DNA of 64,000 bases from a virus (Duplodnaviria > Caudoviricetes), in IMG/VR virus record IMGVR_UViG_2904150443_000004, positions 82,368 through 146,367 of that record; one strand, given 5' to 3'. Each line of letters starts with the position of its first letter. Within the stretch, counting starts at the first letter, position 1. A program made the translations under genes and the position numbers. The notes beneath the pieces were generated by a model. That model was not told the DNA's origin. It saw nothing but the letters and a program-made list of their open reading frames with translations, and ran no database searches. Below are positions 1-10,283 of the stretch, piece after piece.

Positions 1-202
1 ATATAATTTGAATACAATTAAAACAGTAGAACGCAGAACAGAATACTTTTCATTCATTGAAAGACAGGAATTCATTAAAGAGTATTATCGACTTAAAAAG
101 GCATGGTACGCAAGTGATGTTAAAGCATATTATGCAGAGTTGAAAGAGATGATCGATGTCAATCAAATGTTGACTTCGATTTAGAAAATTATAAAAAGGA
201 GA

Positions 203-952
203 ATGTTCATGCCTAGATCAAGAACGTATAAGCTGTTTCATTCGTGTGAGGAAGAAGAGAGTAAAATCTATTTTAAAACTACTATGAAAGATGAATACTT
301 GATAAAGCTTATTAAAATCTGGTTGCTGCGTCTTTCAAATATTGTCCAAGAATATGACTTCGGAACAGATGAGATGATGAAAATCCTTGAGACATTCAAT
401 TGTGTGCAGGTTAATGAAAAAGATGTTAGAACTTACTATGAGGCCAATTTGTATGATATCTGGGAGTATGCGAACACATGGTATTCTGATGAGGAGGTTT
501 ACAGTCCTGAGTTTACTAATCCAGAAGCAGAGAAAGTATTTAAGCTAGTAGTTAAACGCAATGAAGAATGGTATGGAAAGCTTAGATGTGAAGAAAATAA
601 TTCAACACGCAAAAAATTGTGGGAAGAATTATGGAAAGATATTTGTACTAATGAAGATGGCACATTAAATCTTGAGCAGATTCAACGAGAGCTTGCCGAT
701 TTACATTATATGATAGAGCATGTTCCTAAAGTATACAGTGCAGTAACAGGGGACACATTATCTAAGCCAACTTATGCCTCAAAAACGGTTATTAGATTCT
801 ATGAAAATCACTTAAATGAAGTGGTAAAAGATAGGTTTGATGAGGTAATTACTGCTCTTGAAGAAAAGTGGAATAACGCAGATTTAGATGGTGAGGATGG
901 AATTGCTGAAGGGCTTACGTATGCTATTGACTTGATTGAAAATTATAAATGA
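203..952 (+). CDS. hypothetical phage protein
   Basis: 249-aa ORF with AAGGGAG RBS; no recognised motif. Confidence 0.7.
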   Translation: MFMPRSRTYKLFHSCEEEESKIYFKTTMKDEYLIKLIKIWLLRLSNIVQEYDFGTDEMMKILETFNCVQVNEKDVRTYYEANLYDIWEYANTWYSDEEVYSPEFTNPEAEKVFKLVVKRNEEWYGKLRCEENNSTRKKLWEELWKDICTNEDGTLNLEQIQRELADLHYMIEHVPKVYSAVTGDTLSKPTYASKTVIRFYENHLNEVVKDRFDEVITALEEKWNNADLDGEDGIAEGLTYAIDLIENYK

Positions 953-964
953 TAAGAGGAGCGT

Positions 965-1909
965 GTGGAATTATTGAAAAGAGGCTCAAAAGAATATCCT
1001 AGACATGTTTGTGGTTTAAGTGGAGGCAAGGACTCTACGGCGATGGTTATATACATTAAGGAAAACTATCCAGAAATATTTGATAAACTTGAACTATTCT
1101 TCACAGATACGGGAAGCGAACTACCTGAAATTTATACATATCTTGATAGGCTAGAGAAGCATCTAGGAAAGCCCATTCTACGGATTAAAGCTGCTCCAAA
1201 AACAACTGAAAAATTTAAAGTTGTAAGTGGGATAGATGAATCGAATCCTTTCGAGGAACTATTGGAACAATATAACGGTTTTCTTCCAGCACCAAATGCA
1301 AGATGGTGTACCAGAACAATGAAAATTGTCCCTTTAGAACAGTGGATTGGTAAAGACCATTGTGTAAGTTATATTGGGATTAGAGCTGATGAAGAAAGAG
1401 AAGGCTATAACAGCTCAAAAAGCAAGAGTAAAAACATTAAATCTAGATTCTTGTTTCAAGAGGATGGATTAGTACTTAAAGATATTTATCAAATTCTTGA
1501 AAATTCTATTGGACTTCCCGAATATTATAAATGGAGAACAAGATCAGGATGCTATTTTTGTTTTTATCAACGTCGTGTTGAATGGGCTATCTTATATAAT
1601 CTACATCCAGAATGGTATGAGGAATCTAAAAAATATGAAACTCAACATTCTGACGGGAGATTATATACATGGGTGAAAGATAAACCTCTTGAGTATATTG
1701 AACAAAATTCAGTTGAAATAATAATTAGATACATAAAAAAACAATATAAAAAAGCAATAAATAAAAATGTGTTCACCTTCAAAGAGGATGAAATGATAGA
1801 GCTGATTAAAAGTGGGGAACTGAAGAAGCTGCTAGATAGTTGGGACATGAAAAAACTGCATGATATTGATGGCGAAAATAAAGATGGTTGTACAATATGT
1901 GCTATATAG
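965..1909 (+). CDS. phosphoadenosine phosphosulfate (PAPS) reductase family protein
   Basis: SGGKDS PP-loop, FTDTG, RWCT, GIRADE, SGCYFCFYQ, C-terminal CxxC. Confidence 0.85.
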   Translation: MELLKRGSKEYPRHVCGLSGGKDSTAMVIYIKENYPEIFDKLELFFTDTGSELPEIYTYLDRLEKHLGKPILRIKAAPKTTEKFKVVSGIDESNPFEELLEQYNGFLPAPNARWCTRTMKIVPLEQWIGKDHCVSYIGIRADEEREGYNSSKSKSKNIKSRFLFQEDGLVLKDIYQILENSIGLPEYYKWRTRSGCYFCFYQRRVEWAILYNLHPEWYEESKKYETQHSDGRLYTWVKDKPLEYIEQNSVEIIIRYIKKQYKKAINKNVFTFKEDEMIELIKSGELKKLLDSWDMKKLHDIDGENKDGCTICAI

Positions 1910-1924
1910 GGACGGTGCTTCTGA

Positions 1925-2515
1925 TTGGACTGGAAACTTTATCGCGCTAATGGAGAATTTCTTCAGGAGGTGAATTGTCAGTACGATTCACTTGATATCG
2001 CCGTAATGATGTATGATGCTACTAAAATTGAAGTTGATTTCATCAATAAGGAAGCTAGAATACTTGTAATTGGAAATATTACAGAAGTAGAAGAGCTAAA
2101 GAGTAGGCTTCTTAATGTGGGAGCTTGGAAAAGAGAAGGTAGAAAAGCTCCTCATAAACCTTTATTATTATTGTTCTCATTAAGCAAACTACTTAAAGAG
2201 AATAGAAAAACTCTAAAGTTTGATGAAATAAAAAATGAATTCAAGAAAATCCTTCTTAAATTCGGCGGAACAAAGCGACCACATCCTGAGTATCCATTTA
2301 TATATCTTAAAAACGATGGGATTTGGAAGCTTAATGCCGACATTAATGGTAAGCATATGAACAGTGAACAATTGAGTATGCTTGTTGGTGGATTTAATGA
2401 TGATATTTGCTCAATCTTGGAGAATAATCATGAACTAATTGAAGATTTGATTGACATGATATTAGAAGAGTTCTTCCCTAAAGAAGTGCATTGTAGTTTA
2501 TTAGAAGCTATATAA
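1925..2515 (+). CDS. protein with ScoMcrA-like DNA sulfur-binding domain (SBD), no HNH nuclease
   Basis: RKAPHKPLLLL and HPEYPFIYLKNDGIWKL match SBD motifs of phosphorothioate-dependent endonucleases; the ORF ends with no HNH domain. Confidence 0.72.
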   Translation: MDWKLYRANGEFLQEVNCQYDSLDIAVMMYDATKIEVDFINKEARILVIGNITEVEELKSRLLNVGAWKREGRKAPHKPLLLLFSLSKLLKENRKTLKFDEIKNEFKKILLKFGGTKRPHPEYPFIYLKNDGIWKLNADINGKHMNSEQLSMLVGGFNDDICSILENNHELIEDLIDMILEEFFPKEVHCSLLEAI

Positions 2516-2539
2516 GGAATACAATAAAAACAATATTTC

Positions 2540-2857
2540 ATGAGCCAATCACGAAAGGTGGGGTTTGGAGAAATGAAAATCCATGGAGATGCTAGTGATA
2601 ATGAAATAAGTATTGAAATTGGAGATATTATTTCCATAGGAAGCAGTTACTATCTAATTGCTTGGAACTTAAAAGAGTTCCAAAGTGTAAATGGATATCA
2701 TCATGACGGAATTCGATTAGTTAATTTATCTACTAGTACAGTAACAGAGCAGCGTTACGGCAGTATTAGTGAGCTAAAAAGTATCTTGCTTCGTGAAGAT
2801 AGAAAAGTTGTGATATATGATGGTGAGAGTGTAGAAATGATTTTATCTAGAAAATAA
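2540..2857 (+). CDS. hypothetical protein (start probably ATG 2573)
   Basis: ORF bracketed by motif copies 2525 and 2884; GGAG RBS before 2573. Confidence 0.6.
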   Translation: MSQSRKVGFGEMKIHGDASDNEISIEIGDIISIGSSYYLIAWNLKEFQSVNGYHHDGIRLVNLSTSTVTEQRYGSISELKSILLREDRKVVIYDGESVEMILSRK

Positions 2858-2911
2858 AAAGTTAAAACTATACATATAAATGATGAAATATAGATTTTAA
2901 AGGGTGATACT

Positions 2912-3331
2912 ATGAATTTCAATAATAAGATGAATAAACTCAGGGAAGAAATTGAGTTGAAACAGCGTGAGTTAGATATATTGGAAAAGGATAATTTTAA
3001 TCCATTAGGAAAGTGGAGAATTAGCACCGAGGGAGATTGTGAAGGTCGTTCTAAGAAACAGCTTGGGGATTATACAGGTAATTTACTTGATATTGTAAAA
3101 CAATTGAGTAATCAAGCATTCTATTCTCTAGACTGTGAGAGAGTTGAGTATTTACATACAGAACATAAAAAGGAGAGTAAGGAGGTTCATTTTAGGGTTA
3201 TAGATAAAAGCATAAAACTGTTTGATAAAGATGAGCAATTACGTAAGTTGTTACCACATGTTTCCGAAGGTCATTCTTTAAGTCATGGTTATTATTTTGG
3301 CGCTGTGAAGTTGGAATGGGAAGAAAAGTGA
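2912..3331 (+). CDS. hypothetical phage protein
   Basis: 139-aa ORF with RBS; TEGDCEGR motif. Confidence 0.65.
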   Translation: MNFNNKMNKLREEIELKQRELDILEKDNFNPLGKWRISTEGDCEGRSKKQLGDYTGNLLDIVKQLSNQAFYSLDCERVEYLHTEHKKESKEVHFRVIDKSIKLFDKDEQLRKLLPHVSEGHSLSHGYYFGAVKLEWEEK

Positions 3332-3356
3332 AACCTAATCTATTCTAAAAGGAGAA

Positions 3357-3608
3357 GTGATAATTATCGGTAAAACTATTTGTAAGTTTATTGCTTATAC
3401 ATTAATTGGCGTTATTCTTTATTTCTCGATATTCATGCCTGAACTATCAATTACTTTAACTGGTGGTTTTGCATGGGCTGCTGTTCTATTATCTTATGGT
3501 TTTGGATTTATTCTTGTCTACATTGGTTTGTTTGGAGGAGAGTTCACTTACAGCTCTAAAGGTATTAAGGGTTGGATTAAGGAAATGAGAAAAAGAAACC
3601 AAAAATAA
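3357..3608 (+). CDS. small membrane protein
   Basis: two hydrophobic segments, AAGGAG RBS. Confidence 0.6.
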   Translation: MIIIGKTICKFIAYTLIGVILYFSIFMPELSITLTGGFAWAAVLLSYGFGFILVYIGLFGGEFTYSSKGIKGWIKEMRKRNQK

Positions 3609-3638
3609 ATAATAAAAACATGTAAGGGGATTTATGAA

Positions 3639-3998
3639 ATGAATAAACGAGATCTTGATATTGATCTTGTAATATGCAATGCTGCAACTCCTTTGCCATG
3701 GTTTGTACACAACACTCAGCTTGGAAGATGCCATACGTACACCAGCATTGACGGTGTATTAACGATGGTAGCAGAAGATGCTCATACAGCAGATGCAATA
3801 TTCATTGCGGCAGCACGCGAAGGTTGGCCTGAAGCCATTAGCAGAGCAATATCAGCTGAAAGAGAGGTAGATAGGCTCCAAAAGGCATTACATGAGATCA
3901 ACGATCATATAAGAGGCACATCTAATCCAATATCATATATTGTAGAAACACTACATCAGACATTGCCAGAATACATAGAAAAAGCACCTGAATTTTAA
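3639..3998 (+). CDS. phage protein (Ead/Ea22-like ATP.PW / FIAAAR motif)
   Basis: ATPLPW ... DAIFIAAAREGWP. Confidence 0.55.
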   Translation: MNKRDLDIDLVICNAATPLPWFVHNTQLGRCHTYTSIDGVLTMVAEDAHTADAIFIAAAREGWPEAISRAISAEREVDRLQKALHEINDHIRGTSNPISYIVETLHQTLPEYIEKAPEF

Positions 3999-4032
3999 CA
4001 TGTAATGAAAGCATCCTTTCATGGGATAGGAG

Positions 4033-4689
4033 GTGAATGGAATAGCACTTAAATTACCGACTGTTGAAGAAATTAAACAATCAAGACTTAGGTGTAAAGA
4101 GGAGGGACAGCTTGAGCGTGTAACATGTGGATTTACTGGACATAGACCAAGTAAGTTAGGTGGTTGCTACAGTTTAAAGCATCCTGAATCTCTTAGAATT
4201 GTGGAGACTCTTAAGCCAATACTTGAGCAACTAATTAATGAAGAAGGAATCAGACAGTTCATTTCAGGTGGAGCTATTGGATTTGATCAAATTGCATTCT
4301 GGACTGTTCAGTCATTGAAAAAGCAATATCCTGAACTTGTAAATATTGTAGCGGTTCCTTTTAAAAATCAACCGTGCAAATGGACAGATAAGGAGACTCT
4401 TCACTGGTATAACAAAATGCTTCAGGTGGCAGATGAGGTTATTTATGTTGACACTCTCGACAAATACAGTGTTGATGGAACAAAAGTTGAAGAATATCAT
4501 GTAGCAAAAATGCAGAAGAGAAATGAATTCATGGTTGATAAGAGTAGAGTAATGATTGCCTGTTATGATGGGTCAAGAGGTGGTACTGGAAATTGCGTAG
4601 CTTATCTAACAAAGAAGGGAAAAACACTATATCAAATCAATCCAAATTATAATTATAAACTGGAAGTGAGATATGGAATATTCCATTGA
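4033..4689 (+). CDS. SLOG superfamily protein (DUF1273/YspA-like)
   Basis: FTGHRP, SGGAIGFDQ, RNEFMVD, GGTGNCV. Confidence 0.8.
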   Translation: MNGIALKLPTVEEIKQSRLRCKEEGQLERVTCGFTGHRPSKLGGCYSLKHPESLRIVETLKPILEQLINEEGIRQFISGGAIGFDQIAFWTVQSLKKQYPELVNIVAVPFKNQPCKWTDKETLHWYNKMLQVADEVIYVDTLDKYSVDGTKVEEYHVAKMQKRNEFMVDKSRVMIACYDGSRGGTGNCVAYLTKKGKTLYQINPNYNYKLEVRYGIFH

Positions 4690-5497
4690 GGAGGATGAAA
4701 GAATGTCAAAAAAATATAAATATTATCAAATAGGGTTTGCCGAAAGAGAGTCTGATATAAAATTAATTGATGACATTGTAACTTTCTTTGGAAGTGTTGA
4801 AGTAATAAAAGAAATTGAAAACTCAGGTAGACAGAATCTTTGGTCAACATCGAAATTTTATCATCTCGCTTACTCTCTATTTTTCTTTTCGATTAGGGAA
4901 AGGTATTGCGATGCAGCAAGACATAAAGAAGCTGTAAAATATAAAAAATCAAGTGAACTTGAGAATTTACCAATATTAATAGTATAGGATCATAGTGGAT
5001 AGGAGATGGAAATGACAATTAACATTAATAAACCAAGTTGCTACGAATTAAAGTTATTCATTACAAAAGGCACATTACTTATTGCTAATACAAGCGAGTT
5101 CGATTTAACAGAGGGTAGGATATATGCAGCCATGAGAAACCAAGGAGATAGCACTTTCGGTGATTGCATCTTCATTAAGAATAACAAGGGTAATGTAGAA
5201 GATTATACATTAGAGAACTTTTGTCTATACGAAGGGGAAATAGTATCACAATAACTTCAAAAATATCTAAACTACTTCTATCAACGGAATAAAACATATC
5301 TTTCATGCAGTGATTAAAATATTTGAGCTAATCTTCATGATGATGCTAATCATTGCTAGGGGAGTATGTTGATGAAAAATTTTAAAAGTAAAAGATGATA
5401 CAAAGACGTTCGAGCATAATTGGAATCGAAGAAAGATGCAAATAGAGTTTGGGATAAGGTTGATGATTGGTTAGACATCTTACAGTAAAAATAAAAT

Positions 5498-5519
5498 AGA
5501 CCGTCACAATGGACGGTCT
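5498..5519 (-). terminator. intrinsic terminator of the minus-strand gene
   Basis: AGACCGTC/GACGGTCT stem next to an A-tract (U-tract on minus strand). Confidence 0.7.
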
Positions 5520-5527
5520 GCCCTGAA

Positions 5528-5830
5528 TTAGATGACTTTGATATGCCATGTCCAGATATGAACGCCATTCTTATATCCGTAAATAACAGCATTTCCATAA
5601 CCTTTAGTCACAACTTTAAGTGTTGGTCTTATTTCTACCACCGAGAAACCAGATACTACTTCAAAACGAAGATCATCTCTAGGAAGCGGATAAGCGCCAC
5701 CATAATACAGTTCTACGTATGTGTCTCCTGCTGCTGCTTCAACAGATGTTGCGGGTGTTAAGGTGATTCCAACAATTGTGCTCAAAGCCAGTGATGTACA
5801 AAGAAGAATTTTTTGAAGTGATATTTTCAA
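5528..5830 (-). CDS. small secreted protein (moron)
   Basis: N-terminal signal peptide ending near VEAA, GGAGG RBS on minus strand, own terminator. Confidence 0.75.
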   Translation of the reverse strand: MKISLQKILLCTSLALSTIVGITLTPATSVEAAAGDTYVELYYGGAYPLPRDDLRFEVVSGFSVVEIRPTLKVVTKGYGNAVIYGYKNGVHIWTWHIKVI

Positions 5831-7189
5831 GAAAATAACCTCCTTTTACTGGTATACGTTCAATAGCAGTCTAACATACTATAAAAAGGAAATCAATGAA
5901 ATAATAGACATCTATGGGGTTCCTTACTTCTTAATCACATGTGGAGAATAAAGAGTAGAGAGAGTTTAAAAGATTGGTCATTTAGGGGAGTTATTATTAG
6001 CTAGAATAAAATCAAATCAAATTTTTATGAGGTGATATTAAATGAACTTTGATCTTGTGTATCTTGAACCGCTTAGTATTCATGCTTATAGAAGACCTGA
6101 TTGTGGAATTCCACTGGTTACAGGAGTGTACTTTATTGAACCAGATGAACACCTTGAAGGTAGACTGTGTTATGAAGTAACCTATGAAGATGGATACAAA
6201 GATTATGTAACTAAGAGTGATGTAGATGAGGGGAAATACAGATTTTTAGTTAAATAAAATATATATAACTACTATATATTATACTTATGGAGGAAAAAAT
6301 TGAAAAAATTTATTTGTGAAGTAGTTAAAAAAGATAGGTATGAAATTGAAATCGATGATCAAATGTTAGATGAGGACTGGATGGAGCGTTTTAATTTCTG
6401 TAATAGGCTTGAATACGACTGTCTTGAAGAACATGCAGTACGCATCTCTAAACATATGTCAAAAAGTTATGACAGTTATATTGATGGATATGGATACCCT
6501 CTTATCAATGGGCATAAGCACTATGCTGCGTTTGATTATCAAGTTGAATCTGGTATAAATATCAAGATTCTCAATGATGAGGATGATATTGAAGTAGATG
6601 TTTTTGAGATATAAAATTACGTTTTTATCATACATAAGGAGGAATCTGTTATGGGGATTATTGATAAATTTAAGGGTTGGTTTGGTAAGAAGGAGATGGA
6701 GAGTGCTATTGATAGCATCAATATGGAAAAAGCGAAACAAGATATCAGTGATGCTGCAAGCAGACTTATTGAAGCGTTCGGAACTCTTTCAAAGAGTATG
6801 GAATATCAAATGAATAACAAAGATATTTGTGAACATGGAAATGAAATTGAACGCTTGACTAAGATTATGAGCAACACAAAAAACAAAAGAATTAAAAAGA
6901 AATTGTTGAAGAGAATCGAGATTCTTAAAGAAAGTGGGTTCTAAAAAAGTGAATAATATAAATATTGAAAAGGTGTTTGTAAATCAGTTTGGCTCGAAAA
7001 AATGGTTCGAAGTTCATTTTAAGTATGATGAACAAACTATCAGTATTAATCTTGACCTTGAGGAAATGAAAAAGCTAGGAGTAACAAAGTCTTTGAATGG
7101 TACAAAAAAGCTAAGAGAATGGCTAATGTCTGATAAAGGCTATGACTATATTAAACGCAGTATGAAATAACTATTTCAAAGGAGATTAA

Positions 7190-7291
7190 ATGCAATTTTA
7201 TATACCATTATGGGCAATTCCAGTTATTGGCACTGTTATTATTGTTGGGATTATTTCAATTTGGAAGGTGCTAAGAAAACCTTTAGGTTAA
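7190..7291 (+). CDS. 33-aa single-TM peptide MQFYIPLWAIPVIGTVIIVGIISIWKVLRKPLG
   Basis: AAGGAG RBS immediately after motif copy 7163; below the ORF-track cutoff. Confidence 0.55.
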   Translation: MQFYIPLWAIPVIGTVIIVGIISIWKVLRKPLG

Positions 7292-7553
7292 ATTATATGA
7301 AATTAAATAAAATAAATATATGAGGTGATAAAATGAGTATGCAATATGGAGCTGACGATAAGAGCAAAGTTGGAGAGTTAGTTCAAAAATTATTGGATTC
7401 ATGGCCTTATGATGATGAATACTTGAAGATTCGAGTACATTATTCGGATGGATCTTGGTTTGTAACACGAGACCATAAATAAGTAGGTTATAAATTCTTG
7501 ATTTTATAAAAAAGACAGCCTCACCGTAGCAAGACCGCCTTAACCAAATCTAT

Positions 7554-7793
7554 TTAATTGATAAGCAATGACCATTGCCACTCGAAGTCAAAGTGATTGC
7601 GAAGAATCCACTTATTTGTATCTTCGAGATCGCCTGAACAACTATTACCTGAACTACATAAAAAATAAACAGGTTTATCAAACTGCTCTGAGATCGAGTT
7701 TCTAATAATAAAGTAACTATCAGGATTTTTTTCAAGCTTCCAAGATAACATTACTACTACAAATTCTTTTTTCACAAAGTATTTAAATTGCAT
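7554..7793 (-). CDS. hypothetical protein (minus-strand moron)
   Basis: strong AAAGGAGTGA RBS on minus strand. Confidence 0.6.
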   Translation of the reverse strand: MQFKYFVKKEFVVVMLSWKLEKNPDSYFIIRNSISEQFDKPVYFLCSSGNSCSGDLEDTNKWILRNHFDFEWQWSLLIN

Positions 7794-7927
7794 AATATCA
7801 CTCCTTTCAAGAATTATTTTAAGAGGGCTCTCCTCTTTAAGCTAATTATGCAGAAAAATATGAGATTAAAGTAAGAAAATCGGTTCTACCTTGTTCAATA
7901 AAATTTTAAAAAAGGAGATTCAAAATT

Positions 7928-8215
7928 ATGAATGAAATCAAAATCAAACGTGAACTGCTAGAAAAGTATGGGCTACCTGATTGTGGAATCAATGGAGTGA
8001 AACTTATTAGAGATGATATTACAGACAATTCAAGATGGTCAATTCACCATGAAATAATTTTCAAGTGGACTGATGGGAAATTCTATAGAGCGTATTATTC
8101 TGTAGGTGCAACAGAATCACAAGATGAGGCTCCATGGGAATACGAGGATGAAGTCGAATGTGTAGAGGTGTATCAAGTTGAGAAGATGGTCAAAGTTTGG
8201 GAAGATGTTTTATAA
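7928..8215 (+). CDS. conserved phage hypothetical protein
   Basis: RWSIHHEIIF...GATESQDE motif; AAGGAG RBS. Confidence 0.65.
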   Translation: MNEIKIKRELLEKYGLPDCGINGVKLIRDDITDNSRWSIHHEIIFKWTDGKFYRAYYSVGATESQDEAPWEYEDEVECVEVYQVEKMVKVWEDVL

Positions 8216-8243
8216 ATATCTAATGAAATAGGAATTTGATAAG

Positions 8244-8569
8244 GTGAGTGTAATTAATATGAACGAACATAAGATTGATCACATAGAAAAAGCTCTTAAT
8301 GCTACTCTTACTGGTCAACAAAGGATGAGTTTATTATCTGATGAAGATGTGTTCTGTGTAGGTGGAAGAGGAAGTGGACGGACTTTTGTACACTGTATCA
8401 AACTTGCCTTATCAGATGGAAACCCCTTGATATAAGGAAGTCAGAAAAATTCTCTGACAGTAGTGATAGTGAAGTACTGTATGCTCGTGGATATTATAAA
8501 AGAATGTTTATGGAGGTTTGGCATAGTCTCCGTGATTATGGATTCAAGGTGAGAGAAGTGAAATCTTGA
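8244..8569 (+). pseudogene. probable frameshifted small P-loop-like gene
   Basis: GGRGSGRT ORF stops at 8435 while a coding-like frame continues to TGA at 8569. Confidence 0.4.
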
Positions 8570-8585
8570 GAACGTCTTCCAGTTT

Positions 8586-8633
8586 ACAGAACGTTTGTTT
8601 GGTGTATAATAAGAATGCAAACAAACGTTCTGT
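8586..8633 (+). promoter_or_regulatory. two inverted LexA (DinR) boxes flanking the -10 of the uvrX promoter
   Basis: AGAACGTTTGTTTG (8588) and CAAACAAACGTTCT (8618) resemble Bacillota CGAAC-N4-GTTCG; TG-n-TATAAT at 8605. Confidence 0.8.
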
Positions 8634-8649
8634 ATGAGGTGGAGTTGAA

Positions 8650-9885
8650 ATGAAGAAGCGGATTATTATGCTTGTGGATATGCAATCATTTTACGCAAGT
8701 GTTGAAAAGGCGATGCAACCACAATATAAGGACATGCCATTAATTGTTGCAGGAGATCCAGCTAGAAGATCTGGAATTGTTCTTGCTGCATGTCCAATAG
8801 CAAAGAGCTACGGAATTTCAACCGCAGATAGACTTTGGGAGGCACTTAATAAGTGTCCTGACGTTGTAGTTATTCAACCTCATCTGCAACAATATATAGA
8901 CGTTTCCATGCAAATTACGACGATCCTAGAAACGTACACTGATTTGGTGGAACCGTATTCGATAGATGAACAGTTCATTGATGTAACGAACTCCATTCAT
9001 CTCTTTAATATGACTCCCGAAGAATTGGCTGCTGACATTCAGCAACAGATACTACATCAGACAGGAGTATGGGCTAGAGCAGGAATCGGAGAAAACAAGA
9101 TCATCGCTAAAATGTGTTGTGACATGCTGGCGAAGAAAAATAAATCAGGAATCTTCACTTTAAGAAAAGACGAGTTAGACAAGCATCTCTGGCAAAAGCC
9201 AGTTGAAGATATGTGGGGCGTAGGCTCCCGAATGAAACGGCACTTTTATCGTATGGGAATTAGAACGATAGGAGATTTAGCCAGAACCCCACTCCCTAAG
9301 TTAACGAAAAAATGGGGCGTTAACGGTCAAGTTTTATGGCAGTGTTCGAATGGAATCGATAATTCTCCCGTTACAAAGGATTCACATAGTGGGCAAAAGG
9401 TTATTGGTAATGGTATGACTCTTCCAAGAGATTACGCTGAGGTTTGGGAAATAAACGTGGTAATCATGGATATGGTTAATCAAGTTTGCAGAAGGTGCAG
9501 ACAAAAGAAGGTAAGAGGTTCTGTCTTAAATGTGAGCTGCATGGGAGCTGATTGGGATCATCCAACAGGATTCAATCGACAGATTAAACTAATGGATGCC
9601 ACCAATGTAACTACAACAGTATATAAAGCAGCGGTTGACTTATTCCATAAATTTTGGGATGGTGAACCAATTAGACGGATTGGAGTATCAATGTCTGGAT
9701 TAGAAAGTGATGAAGTATATCAATTAACACTTTTCGATGATCAGGTTAAAAATAGAAAGATTGATCAAGTTATGGATGCGGTAAGAGATAAGTTTGGAGA
9801 GACATCAATAGCATGGGCAAGCACATTTACCTCAGCAGGACAGACAATGGATCGTGCATCTAAGATTGGGGGTCATTATAAATGA
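8650..9885 (+). CDS. uvrX: Y-family translesion DNA polymerase (UvrX/DinB/UmuC-like)
   Basis: VDMQSFYASVE, YSIDEQF, WGVG, C-terminal QLTLF clamp motif. Confidence 0.93.
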   Translation: MKKRIIMLVDMQSFYASVEKAMQPQYKDMPLIVAGDPARRSGIVLAACPIAKSYGISTADRLWEALNKCPDVVVIQPHLQQYIDVSMQITTILETYTDLVEPYSIDEQFIDVTNSIHLFNMTPEELAADIQQQILHQTGVWARAGIGENKIIAKMCCDMLAKKNKSGIFTLRKDELDKHLWQKPVEDMWGVGSRMKRHFYRMGIRTIGDLARTPLPKLTKKWGVNGQVLWQCSNGIDNSPVTKDSHSGQKVIGNGMTLPRDYAEVWEINVVIMDMVNQVCRRCRQKKVRGSVLNVSCMGADWDHPTGFNRQIKLMDATNVTTTVYKAAVDLFHKFWDGEPIRRIGVSMSGLESDEVYQLTLFDDQVKNRKIDQVMDAVRDKFGETSIAWASTFTSAGQTMDRASKIGGHYK

Positions 9886-10211
9886 GAGGAAAGTTAAGCG
9901 GAAATATTATGTGGGAGGCGAGTAGAATGATGTTGCCTGAACATAAGGAGGCAATTAAACAACATAGCCATGTTAAAGGTGAATACAAGAAACCAGAGCT
10001 ATGTGAGGAAAGAATTGAAGAGATAATGCTAACGATTAGAGAAGCCTTCGAACAGCAAGCAGATATCAGTGTTGAATTTTATCAAAAACAAGGTAACAGA
10101 AAAGTTCAGGGCAAAGTGGCCAAGTTTGATCAATTCGGGAAAAAGATTCGGATTGATTTTAATATGGGATATGAGTGGATAGATCTTGCTAAAATAGTAT
10201 CAGCTACATAG
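9882..10211 (+). CDS. yolD: YolD-like protein
   Basis: W..SRMMLPEH motif; coupled to the Y-family polymerase. Confidence 0.88.
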   Translation: MRGKLSGNIMWEASRMMLPEHKEAIKQHSHVKGEYKKPELCEERIEEIMLTIREAFEQQADISVEFYQKQGNRKVQGKVAKFDQFGKKIRIDFNMGYEWIDLAKIVSAT

Positions 10212-10234
10212 GGCACTAAATTGTGCTCTTTCTT
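10211..10234 (+). terminator. intrinsic terminator
   Basis: GGGCAC/GTGCTC stem followed by a T-rich tract. Confidence 0.55.
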
Positions 10235-10253
10235 ATTTTATATAAATAAAATA

Positions 10254-10283
10254 TTGACTGTTTCATATTGATAATGATATTCT
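10254..10283 (+). promoter_or_regulatory. sigmaA-type promoter with upstream A-tract
   Basis: TTGACT-18-(TGn)TATTCT. Confidence 0.55.

Noticed and set aside
965-1909. Complete Dnd/Ssp phosphorothioation system
   Set aside because: No DndB/D/E, SspB/C or cysteine desulfurase is recognisable in the window
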